Source: Burkholderiales bacterium
GTDB lineage: Bacteria > Pseudomonadota > Gammaproteobacteria > Burkholderiales > JAEUOS01
NCBI GenBank assembly: GCA_031362865.1
Contig: JANLTH010000008.1
Span: 193-64,192, forward strand
Direction: 5' to 3'
DNA length: 64,000 nucleotides
Shown here one piece after another: positions 27,941 through 36,346 of this stretch (positions are counted from its first letter, which is position 1; every line of letters starts with the position of its first letter). Below the pieces are notes generated by a model, which saw nothing but the letters and a program-made list of their open reading frames with translations, did no database searches and was not told the origin of the DNA. Both the position numbers and the translations under genes were made by a program.

Positions 27941-29230
27941 CTAGTTAATTTGCGAGGCATCCAGTGCTTGGCCGAGGTCCCAGAGAATGTCATCGATATT
28001 CTCGATGCCCACCGAGAGGCGGATCATGTCGGGCTGCACGCCAGCGGCGATTTGCTCCGCTTCCGACAGTTGCCGATGCGTCGTAGATGCCGGGTGGATG
28101 ATAAGGGTTTTGGCATCGCCGATATTGGCCAGATGACTCATGAATTGCGCGGCTTCAATGAATCGTTCACCAGCCTTAGCACCACCTTTTACGCCGAAGG
28201 CGATCACCGCGCTGGTGCCTTTGGGTAGGTATTTTCTTCCCAGATCGTAGTATTTGGAACCCTTGATCCCGGGGTAGCTGACCCACGAGACATGCGGGTG
28301 GGCCGCCAGAAATTCGGCCACGACTTGCGCGTTTTGCACATGGCGATCCATCCGCACATGCAGCGTTTCAAGCCCTTGCAGCAGCATCCACGCGTTGAAA
28401 GGCGAGAGTGTGGGGCCGAAGGTGCGCGCCACTTCCATGCGGCACTTCATAGTGAAACTGAAGTCACCAAAGGTCTCGTAAAAGCGCACGCCGTGGTAGC
28501 CGCGCGAAGGCTCGGTCATGCGCGGGAATTTGCCGTTGTCCCACGGGAATTTGCCGGACTCAACGATCACGCCGCCCATGGTGGTGCCGTGCCCACCGAT
28601 ATATTTGGTGGCCGAATGCACCACAATGTCGGCCCCGTGCTCGAAAGGGCGGCATAGGTAGGGTGAGGCCATGGTGTTGTCGATCAGCAGAGGCAGCCCG
28701 GCTTCGTGCGCGATTTTGGCCACGGCTGCAATATCGAGCACATTGATGAGTGGGTTGCCGAGTGTCTCGGCGTAGATCACCTTGGTTTGCGGGGTGATGG
28801 CACGGCGAAAATTCTCTGGGTCGTCGGGGTGCACGAAGGTGGTCTTGATCCCCAAATCACGGAAACTGACTTCAAACTGAGAATAGGTACCACCGTAGAG
28901 TGTGGAGGATGCCAGCAACTCGTCACCGCTTTTGAGCAGAGTGAGCAACGCTGTCATTTGGGCTGCCATCCCGCTGGAAGTGGCAAGCGCGGCGCGCCCG
29001 CCTTCGAGTGCCGCTACCCGCTCTTCGAACACCGCCGTGGTCGGGTTGGAAAGGCGCGTGTACACGTTGCCGAACGTCTGCAAATTGAATAGCGATGCCG
29101 CATGCTCGGCTGAATCAAACACATAGGAAGTGGTTTGGTACAGCGGCACGGCACGTGCGCCGGTAGCGGCATCGGGCACCTGGCCTGCGTGCAGGGCGAG
29201 CGTTTCAAATTGGTAGTCGTGATCTGGCAT
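27941..29230 (-). CDS. metY: O-acetylhomoserine sulfhydrylase (PLP-dependent, MetY type).
   Basis: Start at ATG 29230 (MPDHDYQFETLALHAGQ). Cys/Met-metabolism PLP-enzyme motifs including HSATKYIGGHG. Confidence 0.9.
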   Translation of the reverse strand: MPDHDYQFETLALHAGQVPDAATGARAVPLYQTTSYVFDSAEHAASLFNLQTFGNVYTRLSNPTTAVFEERVAALEGGRAALATSSGMAAQMTALLTLLKSGDELLASSTLYGGTYSQFEVSFRDLGIKTTFVHPDDPENFRRAITPQTKVIYAETLGNPLINVLDIAAVAKIAHEAGLPLLIDNTMASPYLCRPFEHGADIVVHSATKYIGGHGTTMGGVIVESGKFPWDNGKFPRMTEPSRGYHGVRFYETFGDFSFTMKCRMEVARTFGPTLSPFNAWMLLQGLETLHVRMDRHVQNAQVVAEFLAAHPHVSWVSYPGIKGSKYYDLGRKYLPKGTSAVIAFGVKGGAKAGERFIEAAQFMSHLANIGDAKTLIIHPASTTHRQLSEAEQIAAGVQPDMIRLSVGIENIDDILWDLGQALDASQIN

Positions 29231-29238
29231 GGCGAGCA

Positions 29239-29396
29239 GAGCCTGTGAATTAATCCGGCGCGTCCGAGCGGGTACTCCAAAAGGTGCTGATTGAGGCGCA
29301 AAGCGCACCCCTAGCCCGGCTATGGGGAGCATTTGCAACGAAAAGTAGCGCCTTTGGGCGCGCCCGAGCGGGCGTGAGGGATTGATTCACAGGCTC
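29239..29396. repeat. Composite repeat in the metY leader: 18-bp inverted arms plus a 16-bp direct repeat spaced exactly 100 bp apart.
   Basis: GAGCCTGTGAATTAATCC (29239-29256) versus GGATTGATTCACAGGCTC (29379-29396), with 1 mismatch as a reverse complement. GGCGCGTCCGAGCGGG (29257-29272) versus GGCGCGCCCGAGCGGG (29357-29372). Confidence 0.8.
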
Positions 29397-29405
29397 TCAG
29401 TGTTT

Positions 29406-29945
29406 CTACTTTTTACGGCGCGTTTTGGCGATGGCGGGCACGGCCTCGGGCTGCACTACATAGGCGGGCGCGGCGGGTTCATGCAGTGCGTAACCATGCC
29501 GGAATGGCGAGGCAATGGTCAGCACCCCATCGACGACTTGGCCGGCTTGCATATCTTCGGAGTAGAGCACGTCAACGCCACAATCGAGTGCGGCAGCGAT
29601 GATCTGGCTGTCGTAGTACGACCAGCCGTAGCGCGCATTCAAGCGCAGCGCCTCGCGCACGATGTCGGGGGTGACCGGCTCAACAATGCAGCGGTCTGTC
29701 AGGTTGTCTACCAAAATGCGCGCGTCGGAAGCGGAAATTTTTAGTTTGCGCAACAGGTAGTTGCAAAACTCCGAGAGCACTTGGGTTGAGATGACTGGCT
29801 CAATGTCGTTCAAGGCAGCACGCGCCAGCTCGCGCTTGACCGGCTCTGATTCGGAATAGGCGTAAACGATCACGTTGGTATCGACAAACACGCGCGTGCC
29901 GGGGCGCAACGGTGGCGTAGAGAAATTGGAAGCGATCTGCGGCAT
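29406..29945 (-). CDS. vapC: PIN-domain toxin (VapC-like).
   Basis: VFVDTNVIVYAY at the start of the PIN fold, and conserved acidic residues later (YDSQIIAAAL...LYSEDM). Confidence 0.8.
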   Translation of the reverse strand: MPQIASNFSTPPLRPGTRVFVDTNVIVYAYSESEPVKRELARAALNDIEPVISTQVLSEFCNYLLRKLKISASDARILVDNLTDRCIVEPVTPDIVREALRLNARYGWSYYDSQIIAAALDCGVDVLYSEDMQAGQVVDGVLTIASPFRHGYALHEPAAPAYVVQPEAVPAIAKTRRKK

Positions 29946-29954
29946 TGAAACCCT

Positions 29955-30055
29955 ATTCCGTTTCTAAATTATGACGAGATTAGGCGCACCGACGACGACC
30001 GCGCGAGTAGCACGGCCAGGAAGGGGCAACGAAATATCGCCATGATTCAGGAACG
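29955..30055. repeat. Degenerate copy of the 105-bp palindromic (MITE-like) element.
   Basis: About four-fifths identical by eye to the copies at 31932 and 62644. The left arm ATTCCGTTTCTAAATTATGACGAGATTAGGCGCACCGACGACGAC is preserved and the right arm is eroded. Confidence 0.7.
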
Positions 30056-30058
30056 ACG

Positions 30059-30292
30059 TTAGCGCTCGTTGGCCGCGTCCCGCCGAAATGGCAGCGCAAG
30101 CGTATTGAGCACGGGCGCACCCCAGTCACCCTTTTTCAAGGGGCGCTTCAGGCTGTCGTATTCACGTTTAGAAATCAGGACCGCCACCGTTTCGCCGCGC
30201 CGCGTGATTTCGATCTTCTTGCCCCATTCAACCTCTTGCACAGCAGCAGAAAGGTTGTCACGGGCGTCGGCAACTGAGATTTGTTTGTTCAT
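30059..30292 (-). CDS. Phd/YefM-type antitoxin.
   Basis: 77 aa: MNKQISVADARDNLSAAVQEV...ITRRGETVAVLISKREYDSL. SD GGAGGA upstream of the ATG. Confidence 0.75.
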   Translation of the reverse strand: MNKQISVADARDNLSAAVQEVEWGKKIEITRRGETVAVLISKREYDSLKRPLKKGDWGAPVLNTLALPFRRDAANER

Positions 30293-30359
30293 GATGTCCT
30301 CCGACGAGTTGAACGCAAAGCGGAATTCGTGCCGTGAAGTTTACGACTATTTTTTATAA

Positions 30360-30379
30360 ATAGCCATTTAAATAGCCAT
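30360..30379 (-). promoter_or_regulatory. Two direct ATAGCCAT repeats upstream of the antitoxin gene; candidate operator.
   Basis: ATAGCCAT at 30360-30367 and 30372-30379. The same 8-mer occurs twice upstream of the second TA locus. Confidence 0.4.
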
Positions 30380-30387
30380 CAATATCA

Positions 30388-30861
30388 TCAGTTGGCGGCC
30401 AGACGCACTCTTTTTGCCGAAATCACCTTGGTATTGACCCCCACCCAATTCAAGCCACCGAAGAGGCGTGCGTGCTCAATTTTTACGCAGCGGTCCATCA
30501 CATTTTCCAGCCCGGCGGCTTCAGCCTTGACCGCCGCTTCGTGGTTGAGTACCCCCAGTTGCTGCCACAGCACCCGCGCGCCGATGCGAATCGCTTCACC
30601 TGCAATTGGCCCGATGTCGGCAGTTTTTCTGAAGCAATCAACCATGTCCACCGGAAATGGAATCTCGCCCAATGAGGGGTAACTCTTCTCACCCAAAATT
30701 TCCAGGTACTTCGGATTGACCGGGACGATGCGGTAGCCGTGCTCCTGCATATATTTCGCGGCGAAAAAGCTGGGGCGAAACCAGTCAGCAGAAAGGCCGA
30801 CCACGGCAATCGTTTTGCAGTTGGCCAGCACGCGGCGCAGCCCGGCAATGTCATCAATCAT
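30388..30861 (-). CDS. CoA-binding domain protein (YccU/YneT-like).
   Basis: KTIAVVGLS...GYRIVPVNP Rossmann-like CoA-binding pattern. Confidence 0.8.
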   Translation of the reverse strand: MIDDIAGLRRVLANCKTIAVVGLSADWFRPSFFAAKYMQEHGYRIVPVNPKYLEILGEKSYPSLGEIPFPVDMVDCFRKTADIGPIAGEAIRIGARVLWQQLGVLNHEAAVKAEAAGLENVMDRCVKIEHARLFGGLNWVGVNTKVISAKRVRLAAN

Positions 30862-30909
30862 GGCGGTACACTCAAAGCTCGTTGAAAAATCACACCCAGT
30901 CTATCAGCC

Positions 30910-31932
30910 ATGAAAAACGCGCTCACCCTCCTCTTCTCACTAGCGCTGTCCGCAAGCGCGCAGGCGCAGGGCAATCTCAATCTCTACTGCTCGTCGGCCT
31001 CCAACGAATGGTGTCAGGCGATGTCCACCAACTTCACCAAGGCCACCGGCATCAAGGTCGCCGTGCTGCACAAGGCCACCGGCGAGATGATGGCGCAAGT
31101 CAAGGCCGAGGCGGCTAATCCACGCGGTGATGTGTGGTGGGCAGGACCGGGCGATGCCTATTTGCAGGCGGGAGAAGAAGGCTTGCTTGAAACCTATAAA
31201 TCGCCCAATCTCAATCAACTCCATGACTGGGCCGCGAAGGAAGCCGAGCGTGCCGTTTACAAGTCGGTCGGCATTTACGGCGGCATCTTGGCGTTGGCCT
31301 ACAACACCGATTGGCAGGCCAAGCGCAAAGTCACACCACCGGCTTGTTGGAAGGATTTGACTCGCGCCGAGTACAAAGGCGAAATCCAGTTTGCCAACCC
31401 CACCACCTCCGGCACCTCGTACATGATGGTGGCTACGCTGGTGCAAGCGCTCGGCGAAGAAGAAGCGTTCAAGCTGATGAAAGCGATTCACCCCAATGTG
31501 AACCAATACACGCGCTCTGGCGTGGGGCCGATGCGTGCGGTGGCGCGTGGCGAAACCGGCATTGCGCTCACTGTCATGCATGGCGTGGCGAGTGAATTGG
31601 TGGCAGGCTTTCCGGTCAAAGCAGTGATTCCCTGCGAAGGCGTGGGCTACGAAGTGGCCGGGATGGGCATCATCAAAGGCACTCGCAATCTGGAGAATGC
31701 GAAGAAGTTTTACGACTGGGCGCTGACCGCTGAAGCGCAAAAGCTGGGCTTCGATGTCAGACAATATCCCCTACCCTCCAACAAATCAGTGGTACTGCCA
31801 CCGCAGGTGACCAAGCTCTCTGACATCAAGCTACTCGACTACGATTTCGCGCGCTTTGGCAAAGCAGCGGAGCGCAAGCGCTTGCTGGATCGCTGGCAGA
31901 AAGAAATTGGCGAAGGCGTGGTCTCGAAGTAA
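30910..31932 (+). CDS. Periplasmic ABC-transporter substrate-binding protein (iron(III)/thiamine-type SBP family), orphan.
   Basis: Signal peptide ending SASAQAQ and SBP family-1-like motifs. No permease or ATPase gene is adjacent. Confidence 0.75.
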   Translation: MKNALTLLFSLALSASAQAQGNLNLYCSSASNEWCQAMSTNFTKATGIKVAVLHKATGEMMAQVKAEAANPRGDVWWAGPGDAYLQAGEEGLLETYKSPNLNQLHDWAAKEAERAVYKSVGIYGGILALAYNTDWQAKRKVTPPACWKDLTRAEYKGEIQFANPTTSGTSYMMVATLVQALGEEEAFKLMKAIHPNVNQYTRSGVGPMRAVARGETGIALTVMHGVASELVAGFPVKAVIPCEGVGYEVAGMGIIKGTRNLENAKKFYDWALTAEAQKLGFDVRQYPLPSNKSVVLPPQVTKLSDIKLLDYDFARFGKAAERKRLLDRWQKEIGEGVVSK

Positions 31933-32036
31933 TTCCATTTCTAAATCATTACGAGATTAGGCGCACCGACGACGACAGTGCTGCTAGCACGGCTAGGAAG
32001 GTGCAACAACATATCGTAATGATTTAGAAATGGAAT
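31932..32036. repeat. 105-bp MITE-like element with perfect 23-bp terminal inverted repeats.
   Basis: ATTCCATTTCTAAATCATTACGA...TCGTAATGATTTAGAAATGGAAT. Internal complementary segments GCACC/GGTGC and GTGCT/AGCAC. It lies between convergent genes. Confidence 0.85.
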
Positions 32037-32048
32037 AAGGTATCAGCC

Positions 32049-32513
32049 TCAGCGCCCCAGTGGCAACGCCGTCTTGTAGCGCACCTGCTTTAACGAAAAG
32101 CTGGTGCGAATTTTCTCGATCCCCGGAATTGGGGTGAGCTGGTCGAGAATAAAGCGCTCCAGCGCCTGAATGTCGGGCAGCGCCACGCGAATCAAGTAGT
32201 CCGATTCGCCCGTCATCAAATAGCACTCCATCACCTGATCGTGCAGCGCGATTTGCCGCTCGAAGGCTTCAATCGCCGTCTTGGTTTGCGCCTTCAAGCT
32301 GATGTTGATGAACACGTTCAGGTTCAGGCCCACCGCCTGCGGCTTGACCAATGCCACGTAGCGATCAATCACCCCGGCTTGGCGCAGCGCCTTCACGCGA
32401 GCCAGGCAGGGCGAAGGCGAAAGCCCGACCGCATGGGCCAGCTCCACGTTGCTGAGAGCGCCGTTTTTTTGGAGCAGATCGAGAATCTGGAGGTCTAGCG
32501 GATCTAGCTGCAT
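32049..32513 (-). CDS. Lrp/AsnC-family transcriptional regulator.
   Basis: Start at ATG 32513 (MQLDPLDLQILDLLQKNGALSNVELAHAVGLSPSPCLARVKAL). Confidence 0.9.
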   Translation of the reverse strand: MQLDPLDLQILDLLQKNGALSNVELAHAVGLSPSPCLARVKALRQAGVIDRYVALVKPQAVGLNLNVFINISLKAQTKTAIEAFERQIALHDQVMECYLMTGESDYLIRVALPDIQALERFILDQLTPIPGIEKIRTSFSLKQVRYKTALPLGR

Positions 32514-32646
32514 AGATGCTGAAAAATATGAAATTACCCGCATTTTATGCCGTAGAGATCACACCAAACAGGCTTTCGCAGCACCACAACAACAGGCAAA
32601 CCTCGGACAATCATGGTTCGCGATCTCACAATTTCAACCAACTGCC

Positions 32647-35253
32647 ATGTCCCTTTTCGACCCCGACATTTCCGCCGCCCCCGATGCAGACCCTGCCGAA
32701 ACCGCCGAGTGGCTGGCTTCGCTCCAGGCGGTCTTCGCCACGCAAGGCGCGGATCGCACTCGCTACCTGCTCGACCAGCTCAACGCGTGGTCGCAGCAAA
32801 CTCAGCTCGGCTGGCGGCCCAACACGGTCACGCCCTACCTGAACACGATCCCTGCGACCGCTCAAGCGCCCTACCCGGGCGATCTGGAAATCGAAGAAAC
32901 GCTGGGCAGCTACATGCGCTGGAATGCGCTGGCGATGGTGGTACGCGCCAATCAAGCGCACGGCGAATTGGGCGGCCATATCGCCAGCTATGCAAGCGCT
33001 GCCGATTTGTTTGAAGTAGGCTTCAACCACTTCTTTCAAGCCCGCAACGCCACGCACGGCGGCGATTTGGTGTTCTTCCAGCCGCACAGCGCGCCCGGGG
33101 TGTACGCGCGAGCGTTTCTGGAAGGCCGCTTGAGCGCTGAGCAACTGGCGCACTACCGGCAAGAGCTCACCGCCAAAGCGCAGGGTTTGCAAGGCTTGCC
33201 AAGCTACCCCCATCCTTATCTGATGCCGGACTTTTGGCAGTTCCCTACCGGCAGCATGGGCTTGGGGCCGATCAGCGCGATTTATCAGGCGCGTTTTCTG
33301 CGCTATCTCGATCATCGCGGGCTCTCAGTCGCAAAGCCACAGCGGCGTGTCTGGGGCGTGTTTGGCGACGGCGAAATGGATGAACCGGAGTCGATGAGTG
33401 CACTCACCTTGGCGGCGCGCGAGCGGCTCGACAACCTCACCTTCGTCATCAATTGCAATTTGCAACGGCTCGACGGCCCGGTGCGCGGCAATGGCCGCTT
33501 TGTCGACGAGCTCGAAGCCTTGTTCGCCGGGGCCGGGTGGAACGTAATCAAACTGCTCTGGGGCAGCGACTGGGACGGCCTGTTTGCGCGCGATGCGGCG
33601 GCCTTGGTAGAAGCTTTCGCCCGCACGGTAGACGGGCAAATGCAAACTTTTGCCGCCAAAGACGGGCGCTACAACCGCGAGCACTTCTTCGGCCAAAACG
33701 CGCGCTTGCAGCAACTCGCGCAGGGCATGACCGACGAGCAAATCGACCGCTTAAAACGTGGCGGTCACGATTTGGTCAAAATTCACGCCGCCTATCGCGC
33801 CGCTGCCGCGCACCAGGGTCAGCCAACGGTGATTTTGGCGCACACCAAAAAAGGCTTTGGCATGGGCGAGGCCGGTCAAGGCAAGATGACCACGCACCAG
33901 CAGAAAAAGTTGGACGACACGCAGTTGCGCGCCTTTCGCGACCGCTTCAAGTTGCCACTGACTGATGCGCAGGTCGAAGGCCTCGAATTTGTCAAACCCA
34001 CTGCCGGTTCGCGTGAAGATACTTATCTGCATGCGCGCCGCGCCGGGCTCGGCGGCTTTGTGCCCGCGCGCGTGACCACCTGCGCTACCTACCCCGTTCC
34101 AGCGCTGGAGTCGTGGGGCAACTTTGCGCTCAATTCGCTGGGCAAAGAAATGTCCACCACCATGGCTTTTGTGCGCGCACTCGGTGCGCTGCTGAAAGAC
34201 GAAGCCATCGGCAAACGCATCGTCCCCATCGTGGCCGACGAAGCACGCACCTTTGGTATGGCCAACTTGTTCAAGCAAGTCGGGATTTACTCCTCGGTTG
34301 GGCAGCAATATGAGCCTGAAGACATCGGCTCGGTGCTCTCGTATCGTGAAGCGAAAGACGGGCAAATTCTCGAAGAAGGCATTGCCGAGGCGGGCGCAAT
34401 CAGCTCATGGGTGGCGGCTGCCACCAGCTATAGCGTACACGGCCAGCCGATGCTGCCCTTCTACATTTATTACTCGATGTTCGGCTTTCAGCGGGTTGGC
34501 GATTTGATTTGGGCGGCGGCTGACCAACGCCCGCGCGGCTTTTTGATTGGGGCCACCAGCGGGCGCACCACGCTGGGCGGTGAAGGCTTGCAGCACCAAG
34601 ACGGCACCAGCCACTTGATCTCGGCGACGATTCCCAATTGCAAGAGCTACGACCCCGCCTTCGCTGGCGAACTGGCCGTGATCCTGCAACGTGGCATGCG
34701 CGAAATGCTCGAAGAGCAGCGCGACGTTTTCTACTACGTCACGGTGATGAACGAAAACTACGCCCAGCCCTCGTTACCCGTTGACATGCACGATGCCGTG
34801 ATCAAGGGCGCGTATCAACACTCTTCAAGCACTCTGCCTGAAGAAACGCGCCAGATAAGCCTCTTGGGGTCAGGTGCGATTATGACCGAGGTGCTCAAGG
34901 CCGCCGAGATTCTGTGCGGTGAACGCATTGCCGTTACCGTGTTTTCCGTCACCAGCTGGAGCGAACTGGCGCGCGACGGCATCGCGCAAGAATCGGCGCT
35001 GCTGCGTGGCGAGGCGGCACAAAGCCCGTGGCTCACGCGATTGCTGGAGGCCACCCAAGGCCCGGTGATCGCCGCGTGCGACTACGTGCGCGCCGTGCCC
35101 GAGCAAGTGCGCGGTCAAATTCCCGCAGGGCGGCGCTTTATCGCTCTTGGCACCGACGGTTTCGGGCGCAGTGATACCCGCGCCGCGCTGCGCGAACATT
35201 TCGGAGTGGATGCGGCAGCGATTGTGCAGGCAGCGCGGGCGGCGTTGCGCTGA
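32647..35253 (+). CDS. aceE: Pyruvate dehydrogenase E1 component, homodimeric AceE type.
   Basis: 868 aa from ATG 32647 (MSLFDPD...ETAEWLASL). AceE-type ThDP motif region GDGEMDEPES...NCNLQRLDGPVRGN. Confidence 0.88.
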   Translation: MSLFDPDISAAPDADPAETAEWLASLQAVFATQGADRTRYLLDQLNAWSQQTQLGWRPNTVTPYLNTIPATAQAPYPGDLEIEETLGSYMRWNALAMVVRANQAHGELGGHIASYASAADLFEVGFNHFFQARNATHGGDLVFFQPHSAPGVYARAFLEGRLSAEQLAHYRQELTAKAQGLQGLPSYPHPYLMPDFWQFPTGSMGLGPISAIYQARFLRYLDHRGLSVAKPQRRVWGVFGDGEMDEPESMSALTLAARERLDNLTFVINCNLQRLDGPVRGNGRFVDELEALFAGAGWNVIKLLWGSDWDGLFARDAAALVEAFARTVDGQMQTFAAKDGRYNREHFFGQNARLQQLAQGMTDEQIDRLKRGGHDLVKIHAAYRAAAAHQGQPTVILAHTKKGFGMGEAGQGKMTTHQQKKLDDTQLRAFRDRFKLPLTDAQVEGLEFVKPTAGSREDTYLHARRAGLGGFVPARVTTCATYPVPALESWGNFALNSLGKEMSTTMAFVRALGALLKDEAIGKRIVPIVADEARTFGMANLFKQVGIYSSVGQQYEPEDIGSVLSYREAKDGQILEEGIAEAGAISSWVAAATSYSVHGQPMLPFYIYYSMFGFQRVGDLIWAAADQRPRGFLIGATSGRTTLGGEGLQHQDGTSHLISATIPNCKSYDPAFAGELAVILQRGMREMLEEQRDVFYYVTVMNENYAQPSLPVDMHDAVIKGAYQHSSSTLPEETRQISLLGSGAIMTEVLKAAEILCGERIAVTVFSVTSWSELARDGIAQESALLRGEAAQSPWLTRLLEATQGPVIAACDYVRAVPEQVRGQIPAGRRFIALGTDGFGRSDTRAALREHFGVDAAAIVQAARAALR

Positions 35254-35381
35254 ACAGAACTCTCGCGAACGGGTCTGAGGTTGGCTAAAGCGAGACCCGC
35301 CCAGAAAGACTCTTCAGGCTTCGGTCTCAGGCGTTGGATTCGCGCGAAAATAGGGCCAATCGCCACAATTCGCCCCCCCCA

Positions 35382-36284
35382 ATGACCATCCCATCTGCCA
35401 CGCCCGCTATCCCGACTTTGCAACTGTGCTTGATCGGGCACGGCGAGGTTGGGCAGATTTTTGCCACCGGGCTCGCCGCTCAGGTCGCACTGCCGATTCA
35501 GGTCTGGGACATCCGCTTTGCCGCGAGCACCGATGCGCCCGCGCCCTTGCCGGCCGGTAACGCCGCCAGCTCACTAGCGCAAGCATTGCATGGTGCCAAC
35601 GTGGTGCTCTGCTCGGTTACTGCCGACCAAACGCTCGCGGTCGCGCGCGAAGCCGCCGCCCACATCGAAGCCGGGGCGATCTATCTCGATCTAAATTCGG
35701 CTTCTCCTGCCACCAAGCAGCAATGCGCTGCGGTGCTCGAAGAAAAAGGGGCGCGCTATGTCGAAGCGGCAGTGATGGCTTCCGTGCCGCCCTTCGGCCT
35801 TAACGTGCCGATGCTGTTGGGTGGCCGCCACGCGCAAGCCGTGCTGCCGCAGTTTGAAGCGTGGGGCATGGATGTCAAGGTCGCCTCCATCGAGCTGGGC
35901 ATCGCTTCAGCGATCAAGATGTGCCGCAGCGTGGTCATCAAAGGCATGGAGGCGCTGTTGGTCGAAAGCTACACCGCCGCGCGCAGCTATGGGGTTGAAA
36001 ACGAGGTGATCGCCTCGCTTCGGGCAAGCTACCCCGGCTTGGATTGGGAGCGCCAAGGCGACTATTTTTTTCAGCGCGTGGTAGCCCACGGCAAGCGGCG
36101 CTCTGAAGAAATGCGCGAAGCCGCCGCCACCATGGCGGAGGTAGGCATCGACAACTTTATGGCGGCGGCCAGCGCCAAGCGCCAGGCCTGGCTTAGCCAA
36201 CTGGCGGCCGCCGGTGTAATGAAGTCCGGCAAACAGGTATGGCGCGAGCAGGCCGATGCCATTCTGGCTTCGCTGCCGGATTGA
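35382..36284 (+). CDS. NAD(P)-binding oxidoreductase (6-PGDH-like N-domain with a DUF1932-like C-domain).
   Basis: CLIGHGEVGQIFA dinucleotide-binding start and the C-terminal pattern KMCRSVVIKGMEALLVES. Confidence 0.6.
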   Translation: MTIPSATPAIPTLQLCLIGHGEVGQIFATGLAAQVALPIQVWDIRFAASTDAPAPLPAGNAASSLAQALHGANVVLCSVTADQTLAVAREAAAHIEAGAIYLDLNSASPATKQQCAAVLEEKGARYVEAAVMASVPPFGLNVPMLLGGRHAQAVLPQFEAWGMDVKVASIELGIASAIKMCRSVVIKGMEALLVESYTAARSYGVENEVIASLRASYPGLDWERQGDYFFQRVVAHGKRRSEEMREAAATMAEVGIDNFMAAASAKRQAWLSQLAAAGVMKSGKQVWREQADAILASLPD

Positions 36285-36346
36285 TGCGATCCAGCCAAAC
36301 TGCCTCACTGCGCCCGACTCACGTTTAGATTTGGGAGTCACTCAGC

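Noticed and set aside
32449-32646. 66-aa N-terminal extension of the aceE ORF, and similar extensions on trbF, metY, dctM, ogt, the NhaD-like gene and both Bug-family ORFs.
   Set aside because: The extensions overlap upstream genes or intergenic DNA and translate to low-complexity sequence. Internal starts give family-typical N-termini, often with an SD or an ATGA/GTGA overlap.
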